From Euglena gracilis (Eukaryota), in NCBI GenBank assembly GCA_039621445.1, contig CP154954.1:28638417-28702416 (forward strand): DNA of 64,000 nucleotides, given 5' to 3'. Position 1 is the stretch's first letter; each line of letters begins with the position of its first letter. Below are positions 1 to 13,200 of the stretch, piece by piece. The notes beneath the pieces were generated by a model. It was not told the origin of the DNA. It saw only the letters and a list, made by a program, of their open reading frames with translations, and searched no databases. The position numbers and the translations under genes are program-made.

Positions 1-3000
1 AACGCCTTAAAATTTGAAAATTTACACCTTAAAAATATATCCCCTGGTCTACGGTTGTACAGGAAAGCCTGGGGGGGGGGGTCGAACCCCCCCCAACCAC
101 CACAGCACCTGCGCAGGGAAAAACTCCTTTGGCGCCGAAGGACAATTTCAACAAAAAATCAGCGCCCCTGGATATACAGGAAGGCCTGGTGGGGGGGGGG
201 GTCGGCCCCTCCCCAACCACCAGGAAGGGGGACTGTCGACCCCCCCCACCCACCACCCATAGGGTTGCGGGGATTCCCGCACAGCCCTGCCCTGGTTCAA
301 ACAAACAGACATGCAGCCAAGATGACCAACTTTTGGCCAAAATTTTTCCGAAACCCCAAAATCAACCCAGATGCCGTTTTGGGCACCTTTGGCAAACTTG
401 CGAAAATTTCCAAAATTATTTCGGTGCAAATCGCCTAAATAAAACTTGACCTTGGGGTGGGGTCCGGCCACAGCGGGGTCTGGCAGTCAAGAAGGGGTGA
501 TACCCTCCTTATGTAGAACCAAACCTCCACAGGGATTGATGGGAAGCCCGTCGGTATCGAATCAGGCAGTGGGGGGTTGCCGACCCTCCCCCCCTGGATG
601 TTGGGGTGTATCCAGACCCTCCTCGGCAGGTTTCAAAAATGGCAATTTTTTCCCGCGCTGCGCGCCGGAAAATGAACAAAAAAACAACTTCCTCCCTCAT
701 TTTTGAGCATATTGCCAATTTTTTTGATGGTTTGGTGTTTTCCGCATGAGGAGCGTTCAAAAAAATTCAAAAAATGAGCATTCTGTATTCATTTTTAAAG
801 CAAAATCAGGCATTTTTGAAGCGACCCCCAGAGGTCCGTGTCCCATCCCAGGGTCAGCCCGACCCCCCAGGATGGTCACCCCAGAATCCGCTCAAAGCCC
901 TCAGAAGGGGCTATTCCCTTCCGGGCCCAAGGGTTTTGGGGGGAGAGTCTGTCGTGAGATAACAGACAAAAATTTTGGGCTATTTCAGGAGTAGGGTCAG
1001 GGTAAGGATTTTAGCTTGACCCTGACTTCGATGCAAACACGTGTCCAGAACGCTGGTTCGGGCGGCAACCTGAACCGGCGTTCTGAGTGTTTGCCCGTCC
1101 TCAAAACCAAAAATTTCCGGGTCAATGTCAGTTTCGAGGTGCTTTTGCTCACCGACCGGGTTCCTACAACCCCGACGGGGGGGGGGGGCATACACACCCC
1201 CTGACCTGAAAAAACCCCTGTTTTCCTAAGGTCACCTACAACCCCGACCACGGGGGGCGGTCATGCACACCCCCTGATCTACAACCCCCGACCGGGGGTT
1301 AGGGGTGGTCGTTGGGCAAAGGGGGGGTACCCACCCTGTCCTCTTGTCCACCGACCACCCCTATATACCGACCATTGCTTAAGCCCCCGGCCGGGGGTGA
1401 CCATCTGGTCAGGCCATTGCTTAAGCCCCGGGAGGCAGGGGTCCACTGGCTAGCCATTTTGCTGGACACGGGAAAACAGCCACCAGCCAGCCCCCTGTGT
1501 GCACTGTGGCTGCCTTTTTGGTGCCCTTTACCCCTTCGTCCGACCTGGCCACCAGCCCCGGGGGGGGGGGGGTCCAGGGTCCCCCTGATGGTGTGTGCAC
1601 ACCATCACCACCGCCAATGCAGGGGGGGGGGGTAGTCAACCCCCCCCCCACACCACCACCCTGGCGGTTTGGCCGATTCCCGTTCTGCCCTAGGTTTGAC
1701 CCACCAATTTTCAGGTGTCCTATTATGCCCACTATTATTACTGTAAGACCTCCCCAAAAGGAAGCCCCCCCCCCCCCACTGGGCCGACAAAGAGAAAATC
1801 AAAAAAATCAAGACCCCCCGCCAATTCCAGACTCCCACTGACGGTGCAAAGACTCCCACTGACTCTGGAGATGAAAATTTTTCCTGGATTACAATTATTT
1901 GACACTTTTGAAGCACAACAACACTGGGGGAATTCAATTTATAACACACATGACACATGTTGTTGACACATGGCGTGGAGCACAGATGAAAAATTTTGGG
2001 TGTTTTTGGAAACCTGGAAAATGAGCTTTTTTGGGGCCTGGCCCAAATTTTGGGTCAGGTCTTATTTGGGGGACCACTTTCAGGCTCGCGGTGCCCTGGA
2101 GTGCCTCATCTGGCAAACACAACCCCCCCCACCCAGACCCATTCCGTGCGGTGTTGGGAAGTGTTTAATCACCATATCCCTAACATGTCGGACTATTGCT
2201 CTTTTGTTAATTCTGGTATACTCATTCTGCAAAATTCCTCTAGAAAATGCCCCAATTTTCTGAACGCTTTTGGAAAAAAAATTGATGGAACCCCTAAACG
2301 ACCGCCCTTTGGCCAGAGGGGCGTACTGCCTCACACTCGCATCCCACTGATGCAACGTTCCTTTTGTTTGTTTGTACTCAGTGCACTCGAGGAACTGGAC
2401 TCAAATGGTGTCAGTAATTAAAAGGATCAAAAAAAAGCATTTTTGGACACTTTGGCGATGATCCAAAGGTGCCAGGATCCCTTCCCCAATGAGGATTTGT
2501 TTTCCCGAGGAATTCTGAATTATGTTGCCCTATTTTTTCTGTTGGTTTCCAGTTGAATGTGCTGGCAGAGGTTTTTTTTTTCTTCATGAAAGAGCATCCC
2601 TGCCCCATCCTGGGGAGGTTCAGGTTCCCAGGGGGTACCCTTTCCAGGACACCTTTCCAGGAGGCATTTTTATCCTGTGGTGTTTCATGCTGGGCAAGCT
2701 ACAGCATTTAGGCATTTTCCCCAGAGAATTTGTCGGACACGTTTGAATCTTTGGAGTCCATCTTTGGAGTCCATCCGATTGGGGTGAGAAGTTTCACAGC
2801 ACAGGGGGGGGGGGACAACAACTGCCCAGGGGTAACATGTTGGGGCCCTCAGGGGTGCATAAAATACTTTTTTTTTCTGGCACACTGACACTCACAACCT
2901 CGGTATGAGGCCCTGCAGCAAATTTTTATTTGCAAATCTCAACACAGAATGCCTCACTGTTTTCAGCAACACGTTAGCACACCATGGCCGCATTATGCCC

Positions 3001-3487
3001 CACAGTGAGGCGGTGTTGAGCATAAACCCCCCAAATAATAAACCCCCCCTGAGGACCGATTTCGGCCGCCCAAATAATAAACCCCCCCCTCTGGCAGGTG
3101 TGAGGGCAAAGAAAAAAAGGGTCAAAAATTAGCAGAAATGTTGCAAAAAATCACAAAAATGGATCAAATTGGTGCAGAAAATATGCCAAAAAAGCACCCA
3201 TTTTTTTTTAAAAAAAGCCCAAAAATGCCAAAAAAAGTGACCATTGGAGCCTGTGGAGGGGTTTTCGGGTCAATTTTTGTCTTCGAAATTTTTGCCCAAA
3301 TAATAAACCCCCCCTGGACCCCAACTTTGGGTGCCCAAATAATAAACCAGGGGGGTTATTATTTGGGCGTGTTAATTGCATTTGCAAAGCCTCTGGAAAG
3401 AAAATGCAAAAAAGGACATCCAAAGGACATCCAATCACAGTGCAATCGCAATTGGAACCGCAGTGTAGGGACCTTCCGTCCAAAACC

Positions 3488-3928
3488 CGGGGGGGGGGAA
3501 TTGATATCGGAGGCCTTCGTAAAAATTGCGGAAAATTTGTGAAAATTGTGGAAAATTTGCGGAAAAATTGATATCGGGAATATACACATTTCTGCTTGAG
3601 GGGACTTAGAAATTTTTCAATTGTGAGGTTCAGAACACCACAACACCCACGTCGATGCAGGCGAGCACAAATCAACACGCTTGAAGGTCTTGCACAGGTA
3701 GGACGCACCCAATCCTGTGACCAGTGGTGCACTTGTGAGAAAGATTGGTAAACTGGGGGGAACAAAACATAATAGCACACCTGTTGATCCATTTGAAGAA
3801 TGGCTTGAACTCATCTTCCATCTTCGGTGGTGGGAAAAAAATTCTGCGAAAAAAAAAATGCAAAAAAACTGCGGAAAAATTGCGGAAAAATTGCGGAAAA
3901 ATTGCGGATATCAAATCCCCCCCCCCTG
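3488..3928 (+). mobile_element. MITE family A copy 1
   Basis: TIR C(A/G)G(n)..TTGATATC; subterminal AAAATTGCGG repeats; TSD CAAAACC; core shared with copies at 37391 and 51930. Confidence 0.9.
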
Positions 3929-4146
3929 CAAAACCAGCCCCACTTGGTGCCTGGGGAGGGGGAATTCTCAGGAGCAGTACATTTCTGTTGTGGCACACAC
4001 ACACACACACTCACACACACACAAACACCCACCCACCCACCCACACCCACACACATGCAGCCTTCCCCATCTGAGAGGGGCAGTCCGGTGAGAGGGGGCG
4101 ACGGAATGAGCGGACGCCATCAGGGGCAGATGGATAAGGATAGTGC

Positions 4147-4213
4147 TCAATTGTACCGCTGGGCCTTTGTCCGGCCGATGGAAAAGACATCAAAGCCGAT
4201 TTCCCGCAGGGCC
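4147..4213 (-). CDS. UGDH: UGDH exon 13, terminal ([21 protein letters not shown])
   Basis: Typical LRxIGFxVxxIG C-terminus; TGA at 4149-4147. Confidence 0.93.
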
Positions 4214-7200
4214 GGCTCCAGGCCGTGGCTTCTCCACGTAGCCGTGCGGGAAACTTCTGGAGAGGGCTGCCCCCCCCCCCAGGGTTTGATATAAAGGCGG
4301 GGGGGGGGGGTCGGACCTCCCCTCCGGTGCAGGAGGGGGGAGGTGGGGTGCCCCCCCACCTAAACAGTGGCGCAGTCCGGCTGACTGATTTTCGGCGAGC
4401 GCGAAGCGGCGGGCCAAAAAAAATTAACCCCAAATGGCAAACATGTCATTTTGGACACTTTTTGGGCGAAATTTGTCAAAATTTTCCAGCGCAAAGTGAA
4501 AAGTGTCAGAAGGAAAATTAAACTATGTTTTTTGATTTTTTGGGGGAGGGTTGGTCTGGAACCCCTCCCTTGGCAGGGGGAGGGTGTCCGACCCATACCA
4601 TTACTTGGCGACCCGGGGGGTCACTTTCCACTCTGAAAAAAACCGGTCAGTCACTTTTTCCGAAAAAGCAGTCAGTCACTTTACCCCCCGGGCGGGGGGG
4701 GGCACTCTTGAATATGCAATGAACATTTGCCAAGAAATCTCAAAAAATCCAAAAAAATTCCGGCGCCTTTGGTGCCAGGCCTGCCCCCCCCCCCGGGGGG
4801 TCTTGGCCAGAAAACCAGTCAGTTCCCTCTGAAAAAACCAATCAGTCACCCCCCGGGGGGGGGGGGGTAGTTGGACAGGTGTTAAGCAATGGCATGGTCC
4901 GACCCCCTGTTCCAGGAGGGGAGGCACCCCACCCCACCTAAACCCCGCATACCCTCTGTATATTGAACCTTGCCCCCCCAGCAATTGTCACACAACAATT
5001 TAGCCAGCAGATGTGGGGGGGGGGCTGACAAATTGGGGGACGGCAAAAAGGCAGGCAGAGGGGGTGACATTTGCCCACTGGGGTAGACGAATAATCAGTA
5101 ACCTTCCGATCTCTTGAAAACACTTTTGATCCCTTCAAGCACATTCTTGAGCATTCAAATCCCGAGTTCATGCGTACATCCAGAGATTGATCAACCAAAA
5201 CTTCCAAAGACTCCATCTTTTGGTGCATTTTTTGCCATTGGCAAATTGCCAAAAGTTGAGGGGGTGACAGTTGCCGCCGGGGAGGTATTACCATGCGGTC
5301 TGGACACAGAAGGGAGGTTCATCGTATCCCCCACCCGGAGCAATGGCCTGACCTTCAGGTCCAGGTACCCACGCCCATCAAACAGGAAGGCGGGCTTCGT
5401 CATCTCCTTGAAGATCTGCTGGTAATCCAGCGTCTTGAACTCGTCCCATTCGGTCTTCGGTAGGGAAGTTCAACCGTCCGGGTCAGCAAGCTTTACTGGG
5501 AGAGGGTTCAGCGCCGTCCTGGTGGGGACTCTGCGAAAGCTGAACAGAGAGAGAGAGAGTCAAATTTCCAGGGACAATCTTCAATCGGGGTCACAATCAA
5601 CCGTGGGAGCTGTTTGTCTGGGCCGACAACATGGCCCCCAAGCCAAACAAATCTATGGCCCCCAAGCCCAACAAATCTGACACAAAAAAAAACAACTGAT
5701 CAGTGGTGGTGAGGTGGCGATTTGCACTTCCCTCGCCAACACCACAATGGCGTGGGCATTCTTACACGCCTCCACGGCCGACTTCTCAATCCGGTAATTA
5801 GACTTTATTTGGTTCAGCAGGTGCTGGTTGCCCTCTGCCACCTCGTTCAGGTCTTGAAGCATTTGCTCCTCAGTGACCTTAGGGTCATGGCAGGGATAGG
5901 TGCCAAGGCTCGTGTAGCCCAGAGGTAAGAACTCCAGTTGGGAACGTCAAGGGTAACCGCCTTACCTGGCTTGTGGTCGTATGGGAAACCTTGGGGCAGG
6001 TTTTATTTTCACCAACCTGGGGGGGTGCATTGTGCTATGGTTGCCTGCCCATAACCAGGCATCATCATTTTTTAAGGTGTCTTTAAAAACGTTAAAATGC
6101 CTTAAAATGTGCCTTAAATTTTTGGGCCAAAATGCCTTGAAAGTCTTAGAATGCCTTGCACCAGGGTGGGCAGGCTTCTTTTTAAAAAAAACAAAAAAAA
6201 AAAAAAAAAAAAATTAATGAAAAAAAAAAAAAAAAAAAAAAAAAATAAAAAAAAAAACAAAAAAAATAAAAAAATTCCCCCTTCCCCCCCAGACGCGTCT
6301 GAGGCCATTTCCCAAAGAAAAAAACTTTCGGCGCTTTGCGCTGAAACCCATACCTTGTAGCAGCCCCGCGCTTCTATCGGGGGGGGGGGGGGAGGCTTCC
6401 GGCCATGGTCAACCATGGCCAAGCCATTGCATCACCCCCCCTTTAAAAGATTTTCATCCAGAGGTTGGCCCGACCCTTTGGTTGGCCCATGCGACATCTA
6501 TGCTTAGGTTTCGGAACCACCTTTGGCCAAAGTTTGTGTTGCATCAAAATTGTGATTGTATGAACAAAAAGTCCCAAAATCAAATGTATTTGTGGTTAAT
6601 TGAAGGAATAGGGTCAGGGACTCTATTCCAATTAGGGCGTCAATTCAGCCAAAGAGGGGGAGGCCAGCAGGGGCCCGTGCAAATGTGGAATCAGGGGATT
6701 TTTAAGACCGAGGGCGGGGTCCCCACCCCCTGGGGGGGGGGCCCGGGCCCGGGGGGGGGGGGGTCCCGGGGGGACCCACAAAAAAATGGTCGAAAAATCG
6801 CGAGAAATGCTAAAAATAGCATCTTTTCAAAAAATTTCGGCACCTTCAACGCCGAAAAGGAAATCCCACCCCCCTCCAGGGGCCCCCCCCCCCCCCCCCG
6901 GGGCCGGACCCATCCCCCCCTGCACTCCCCACACTTCTCCCCACCCCTACACCAATGCCCAAAAAGAGGAGGAATTTCATTTTATTTTTTTTCATCCTCA
7001 CACCTCCAACAAGAAAAAGGAAACAACAGGAAAAAACAATTTTGGCAGTCTCTGCCCCAGTCCCCCAAAAAAGATTCTTTTTTTGCCCCAACCCCCAATA
7101 AATTTTTTCCTCTCGGAACGTAGTTTTTTTTTTGCTTTTGGAGGTGCAAAATGGGCCAAAATAGACAAAAAAAAAAAAAAAAAAAAAAAAACAAAGAAAA

Positions 7201-10200
7201 AAAAAAAAAGGAAAAAATAGACAAAAGTGAGTCAGAGAATCGCCGGAGCCAGATTTTTTTTGTCCTCGTGTTTTTGCTTCCAATGAGCAAAAGAGTTCCC
7301 ACGCCGGTTGGAAAAGGCTACCGGTTGACCCCCTTGGGGTCCCCCGGCTGGAACTGGGTTCGGCTGGGGTCGAATCAAAAAATCGAAGTCCCTGGAAAAC
7401 AAATACAACTTGTTGATGAGATGGTCTGGGAAAAGGCTGCTGGCCAACTGGAGGCCCCCCCCGGGTCCACTGACAGGTCCAATGACAAAGAATATCCCCC
7501 AGAGGAAACGACCTGTCAGCGAAGGTGCCGAATATTTGCAGAATTTGCCACCAGAATATCTGCAATCTCCTGCTGGGGGATGGTCATACGACCAAAGTGC
7601 CAAAACCCCTGCTTCTGTAAAGCTTTTTTTTTAGGTAACCCAAACCCCTGGCCAGGGGGTGGGTGTCGCACGCACCCCCTGACCTAACCCCGACCAGGGG
7701 TGGTCAGTAAACAGGGGGGTTGGTGGGCAGGGGGGGGGGTTTAAAAAGAATCTTCGGAATAACAAAAAAAACAGGTGGTGACACAACTTGGCACCGTGTC
7801 CCTGGGTGTAGCAGTGGACCAGTGCTCCGTCATCCAGGAGCGAGCTGCACACTGGAATGGCGGAGCTCTCCCGCGTATCGCCCGTGTCCTTCTTGAAGGC
7901 AAAGCCCAACACTGCAATCTTCTTGTTGGTCACTGTGTCAAACATGGTCCGCACGATCATCTCCACAAAGCGCCGGCGTTGATAGTCATTCATCGCTGCT
8001 TCCACTCCTGCGCTGAAACAGGAAGTGGAACTCGGTGCACTTTCGATCCGTTTCAAAAAGGCTCAAAACTCCTGGACAACTTTGTGCTGTGGGGAAAAAG
8101 GTTGAAAAATGGGAAGCAGACTATTTCTTACCGACCAGAGGGAGGGGGGGGTGCTATAGGGTGGGGTGCGGGGGTGCTATAGCGTGCCTGCCCCTAGCAG
8201 GCACACCCCCCCCCGGGGGGATAGGGGTCCGGGGGGGGGGGACCCAGAAAATTTTCATTGAAAATGGCCTTTTCCGGGCCCCCGGCGCCAAAGGCGCCGG
8301 GGTCGGAGGGGGGTGCCTGCTAGGGGCAGGCACCCCCCAAAATCCTACTCCCCCCCCGGGGGGGTCAGCTCAGGTGCTATGGGGTGCCTGCCCCTAGCAC
8401 CCCTCCCCGTGGGGTAGGCACCCGACTAAGCACAAGCCTGGTGCCTGCCCCAGCACCCCCCCCCCCCGTGACCCCCCCCGTGGGGTCGGCACCTCACTTA
8501 AAAAGAAAAGCCTGATGGGAAGAAGAAAATTCAATTTTCTAGAATTGTTGACGGCCATGTTGTTGGAGGATCTGGCTGGCGAAGGAATTCCTGGCAATTG
8601 CCAGTGCAGTGAAAAAATGTCTCAGTGAAGGGGTGGTCACCACGCTGTACCAATAATCCCCCACCTCGTGCAGCCCCAAAGAATTGGATAGGTAGACCAG
8701 GTTCAGGATGTCCTTCTGAAAGCAGGAGCCACCAAATCCAACGGACGCCTTGAGAAACTTCCGGCCAGGCAGGTCCTGTGTTAAGATCCGGGGTTTCTGG
8801 CTTCTGGGTGCCTGTCCATGACAACGTTTCGGACAGCAGTCACTGGGATTTTGGGGTGGGCCCGTCACCTTTTTAAGAAGTAAACCCCGGAGCTTTTTAA
8901 ATTTTAATTTGTTGGGTAATCATGTCTCCTGTGGCAAATGTGTTGCAACTCTGGTGTGAACGCCCTTTTTGTGCAACACAAACCAACAAAACGACGGCGC
9001 GGTTTGCGTTGTAATGTAGTGTGGTGTGGTGTGGTGTGGTGTTTTGGGTTGAGTTGCCTTGTGTTGTGTTGTGTTGTATCGACAGCATCGGCCCGGTTGG
9101 GGCCAATGCGAGAGTCCCGGCCGATGGCGAACGCGACCTCGTCGATGTCCGCCCCGGTGGCCTCGCAGACGGCGGAGATGGAGTTGATGGAGGAGATGCG
9201 CTGCGCCAGAAACGCGTTGGCGGTGAGCTTGCTGAGCTCGCTGGACCACTGGTTGGTGGTCAGGATCCGCTCCCGCAGAGGCAGCTGACCTTGGGGGGAG
9301 GGGGACTGGCGCGCCCACTCAGGACCAGAATTGCAAAAAGAAAAATCCCGGCCATCATCAGATTGTCAGGGGCAGGGCCAGGGACGCATGGGAGGCCTTG
9401 AGGGGCGGGGGGGTCGGACTCCCTCCCTCCAACCTCGTCACTGAAATGGGACCATTTTTTTTTCAGTTTGTGGACGGGCAAAGGTACGGATACCAGTCCA
9501 AAATTGTTGGAAAATCCCTGATTCCATTTGAAAACAGACCAAACCCCCCCCCAAAAAATACGTTTGACCGTTTTTTTTATGTGGAAGACACCAAAACATC
9601 CAAAAATGGGTGGGCAATATGCTCAAAAGTGAGGAAGAAGGTGAAAATTATTCACTTTCCAGTGCAGTGCCGGAAGGAAAACAGCTATTTTATGGAACCT
9701 GCTGCACACCCCTCCAACAACGGGGGGGGGGGTCCGGACCCCCAACCACCTGCCTCAAAACCAAAGGGCTTCCCAACTATCCCTGGGCAGGGCTGCAGCA
9801 GGGTGTGCCACCACGAACGGAGCTCCCCTCCCGGGTTTGATATAATGGCAGGCACTGGGGGGAACCCCCCCCCTCCAGGCATCGCCCCCACTGTTTTTGT
9901 GGAGGGTCCGAATTACCGCCTTTCCAGCAAGAAGCACGAAGCACCGGAGAGAAATTTTTCCCGCGTAATTACACTCAGGGGGGGGGGAAATGCGCTCGCC
10001 CGGCCTCGGAAAAAATGTGCAAAAAAAATGCGCAAAAAATGCGCATTTTTGGAAAAAATGCGCAAAAATGTGCAAAATCCGAGGAAAAATGCGCAAAAAT
10101 CACGAAACTGCAAAAATTACCCAAAAACATGCAAAAATGGCACCAAATTTGAAGAAATTATGTAGAATAATGAGGGAAAAATGTACGTTTCAAAAAAGTC

Positions 10201-13200
10201 AAAAATTTCAAATTTTTGCAAAAAATTGCAAAAATGGTCAAAAAATGCGAAAATTTTGGAAAATCACAAAAAAGGGGACCTAGGATCAAAGAAACACACA
10301 AAACTGGAAACCATCAATGGATGGAAATGGAAGTTGAAATGAAACTATGTGCAACCAAAATCAGCTGTGCGGCACCCATCGTGCATAGACAGAGCAGAGG
10401 AGCTCACAGGCCTTCTGCCCGCTGGGTGTTTGAGACCCACCGATCAGCGCCAGGCATTATTATTATATATTATCATCATTAAAAGTACCTTGAAAAAGCC
10501 TTAAAATACCTTAAAATGCACCTTAAATTTTGGCCAGAATGCCTTAAAATGCGTTAAAATGACTTAAGAAATGAGACCAGCAGAATCTTCTCCGACCGAG
10601 CAAAAATGAAACGCAAAATCTCGGCAAAACAGGCCGAATTCGGGAAGAAAAATGATCTCTGGCATCGCTGAAACATTGTCTATCCAACCAAAACTCAAAA
10701 ACTGCGTTTTTCGACTTTCCTTGATTTTGGACCACGTGCGAAATCAAAACGTTGGTTAGATGCCCGGATCGCCCATGGACCACCCTGGAAAATTGTGCCT
10801 TAAAATTCCTTAGAATGCCTAAAAGTGTTGGAAAAAATTTGACCCTAAAATAAACATATATAATACATGATATATATATATATATATATTATATTGCATA
10901 TGTAAAAGATATATGCAAAATAATGCCTGATCAACACACGGTCGGGTTTCAGAAGATCCTCAATGGCTGTCCCCTCGGCAAGAAACTCGCCAGCACGTCA
11001 GCACTCAGACTGATGACACCGATGTGGTGTGTTGACTCTGACAAGGCATCTGTCGGTGGGAAAAAAATGGACCAGGATTGTCATGAACCAACTTTTGAGA
11101 AAAGGATGACCGGTGAAAAATGGTGGCGAAAAAAATGGGAGCACTGGTGTGCTCTGGGTTTGACAGTACTTCAAATGTGGCAGAGGTGTCAGCACCAGGG
11201 ATTGACAAGAACATAATTTGGGAGTCAAACACCCCATCAGTGGCACACAACAGTGACACAATGGAGCAAACCCATGGCCAATGGATGGGGTAACTCAACC
11301 CTCTGGGTATAGGGCAATCAAAAAAAATTATAACAAACAAACTTTCTGGGTGTTTTGGTAAAACACCCAGAAAATTTCCAGATGCTTCTTTGCCATAATT
11401 TCATATTCCTAATTCTGGAGTGATGTGCTGCTAAATTTGCCAACCTGCTTTCAAAATCCAGGTTTGGTTCTCAATATTTGTGATTTTTGTTGGACTTGAC
11501 ACGAAAGAGGGGTAATCAAGGAAAGTGGAGAGCATTTTTAATGCCCAAAACATGTGAACAGAGTATAGCCAATGATTACAGCCATGGGTCGTTGTGGGTC
11601 GTCAGGGTTGAATCAGAGAGGGTCATTGCCAGAGTGTGTCCTATGTGGGTCTATGGGTGTGTGTCCTATGTGGGTCCAGAGTGTGTCCTATGTGGGTCCA
11701 ATGTGTGACCTATGTGGGTCGCAGATAGGGGTTTTTTGAGGCAATCATCAAAAGAAAAGTCATGGAGGTTCCTTATGGTGCCCTCCTCTGCTTAGAAGCG
11801 GTCCATCCACTCGCATTTCATTTTCATGTGACTCAGCTTCCACACTCCCAGAGCTTCTTGCATGCAATAGGTGCAAAGTGGGGGGATCGTTACAAAAGGC
11901 AATTGTTCGAAACGGTGCGCGGTCGACCTCCTTACGTCAAACCCTGATCAGCACTGCATGCCTTCAAGACTCGCTCAATGGCAACGCTGCAGCGAACAGG
12001 CACTGTGGACTTCTCCACAACCACCTTGTTGCCAGACTTCACAGTCCTTGCAAGGAGGATTTAATCTTCAGAGGGGCCATGGATTGCCGACCAATTGTGC
12101 TCCCCCGGCTTCTTTTAAAGACCCCCCACCCAGCCCAGCAGGGGACCGCCTTGCCCAATTTTTTTCTGGTGCTTCTCTCCGGAACCCATGCCCAAGCTTC
12201 CGCAGGGACACCCCCCCCCCACATAAGGGACCGGACCATACCATTGTTTACCGACCCCCTTACTTACTTTCCACTTTCAAAAAACCAATCAGTCACTTTT
12301 CAAAAACCAGTCACCCACTTCCCACCTCCTTCCTGGGGGAGGGGGTTGGTCACTTTGGCTACTCGGCCAAAATTTGCCAAAAATCAAAACATTTTTAGTC
12401 AAAAAAAAAAATCCGGCGCCTTTGGCGCCAGGTGGCCACGTCGGCCAATCCTGACAACCCCCCCAGGGCAGAACGGGAAGGCCTGGTGGGGGGGGGGGTC
12501 GACCCCCCCACCCGGGAGGTGGGGGGGGGGTCGACCCCCCCCACCCACTACAGCGTTTTCACCGATTTCAGGAAAAAGGGGATATTGGCCGGGAAGATTT
12601 TTGAATTTTTTTTTTGAAAAATGAACCCAAAACACATGATTTTTTGATGGAAACCCACATTTTTTTCACAAAAAAATATCAAAAAATTTCAGGGTTAAAA
12701 TTGGTAGTTTTTAGGAGGGGGGTGAAAAAAACGAACGTCAAAAAAAGTGGACAAAATTTTGGCACAATCAAATTTTACTGCCATTTTTTCTCGTTGAAAA
12801 TTTTTGGACTTTCAATGGCATTTTTTCTGCTTCAAAACCTCTCAAAATCAACATTTTGAGAAAATGTTGAACTTTTGGAAGGTGTGAGAAAATGCGGTTT
12901 TTGGGTGTTTTTGGGGGGGACCCCCTATATGGGTCCCAAAACGGGTCAAAAAAACACCCGGCGCCGGAAAATTTTTTTCGGGTCCAAAAATTGGTGCTCC
13001 CGGAAATACGGGAAGAGGTGGTGGGGGGGGGTGGTCGACCCCCCCACCCACGGGGGGGGGGGGGGGGAGCTCGGCCGGACCCACCGGGGGTCCACAAGTT
13101 AAAAAAAACCCCTGGTGTCCTTCCAAGCTTACCTCCCCTCTTGAAAGGAGTTACCAATTTTGTCAGGCATATAGCGTACCACCAGGGGAAAGAATCCCCT

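Noticed and set aside
4214-5737. GT donor AAG|gtcagg (intron 12) and GC...AG reading of intron 11
   Set aside because: Intron 12 has no in-frame AG at the acceptor. The GC-AG reading of intron 11 is a 1-nt slide giving the same mRNA, and the paired register favours the nonconventional reading, though an intermediate type is not excluded.
11341-11373. ACTTTCTGGGTGT similarity to the Euglena spliced-leader start
   Set aside because: Short match, no following GT donor or Sm site; it is one arm of a local hairpin (TTTCTGGGTGTTTT/AAAACACCCAGAAA).
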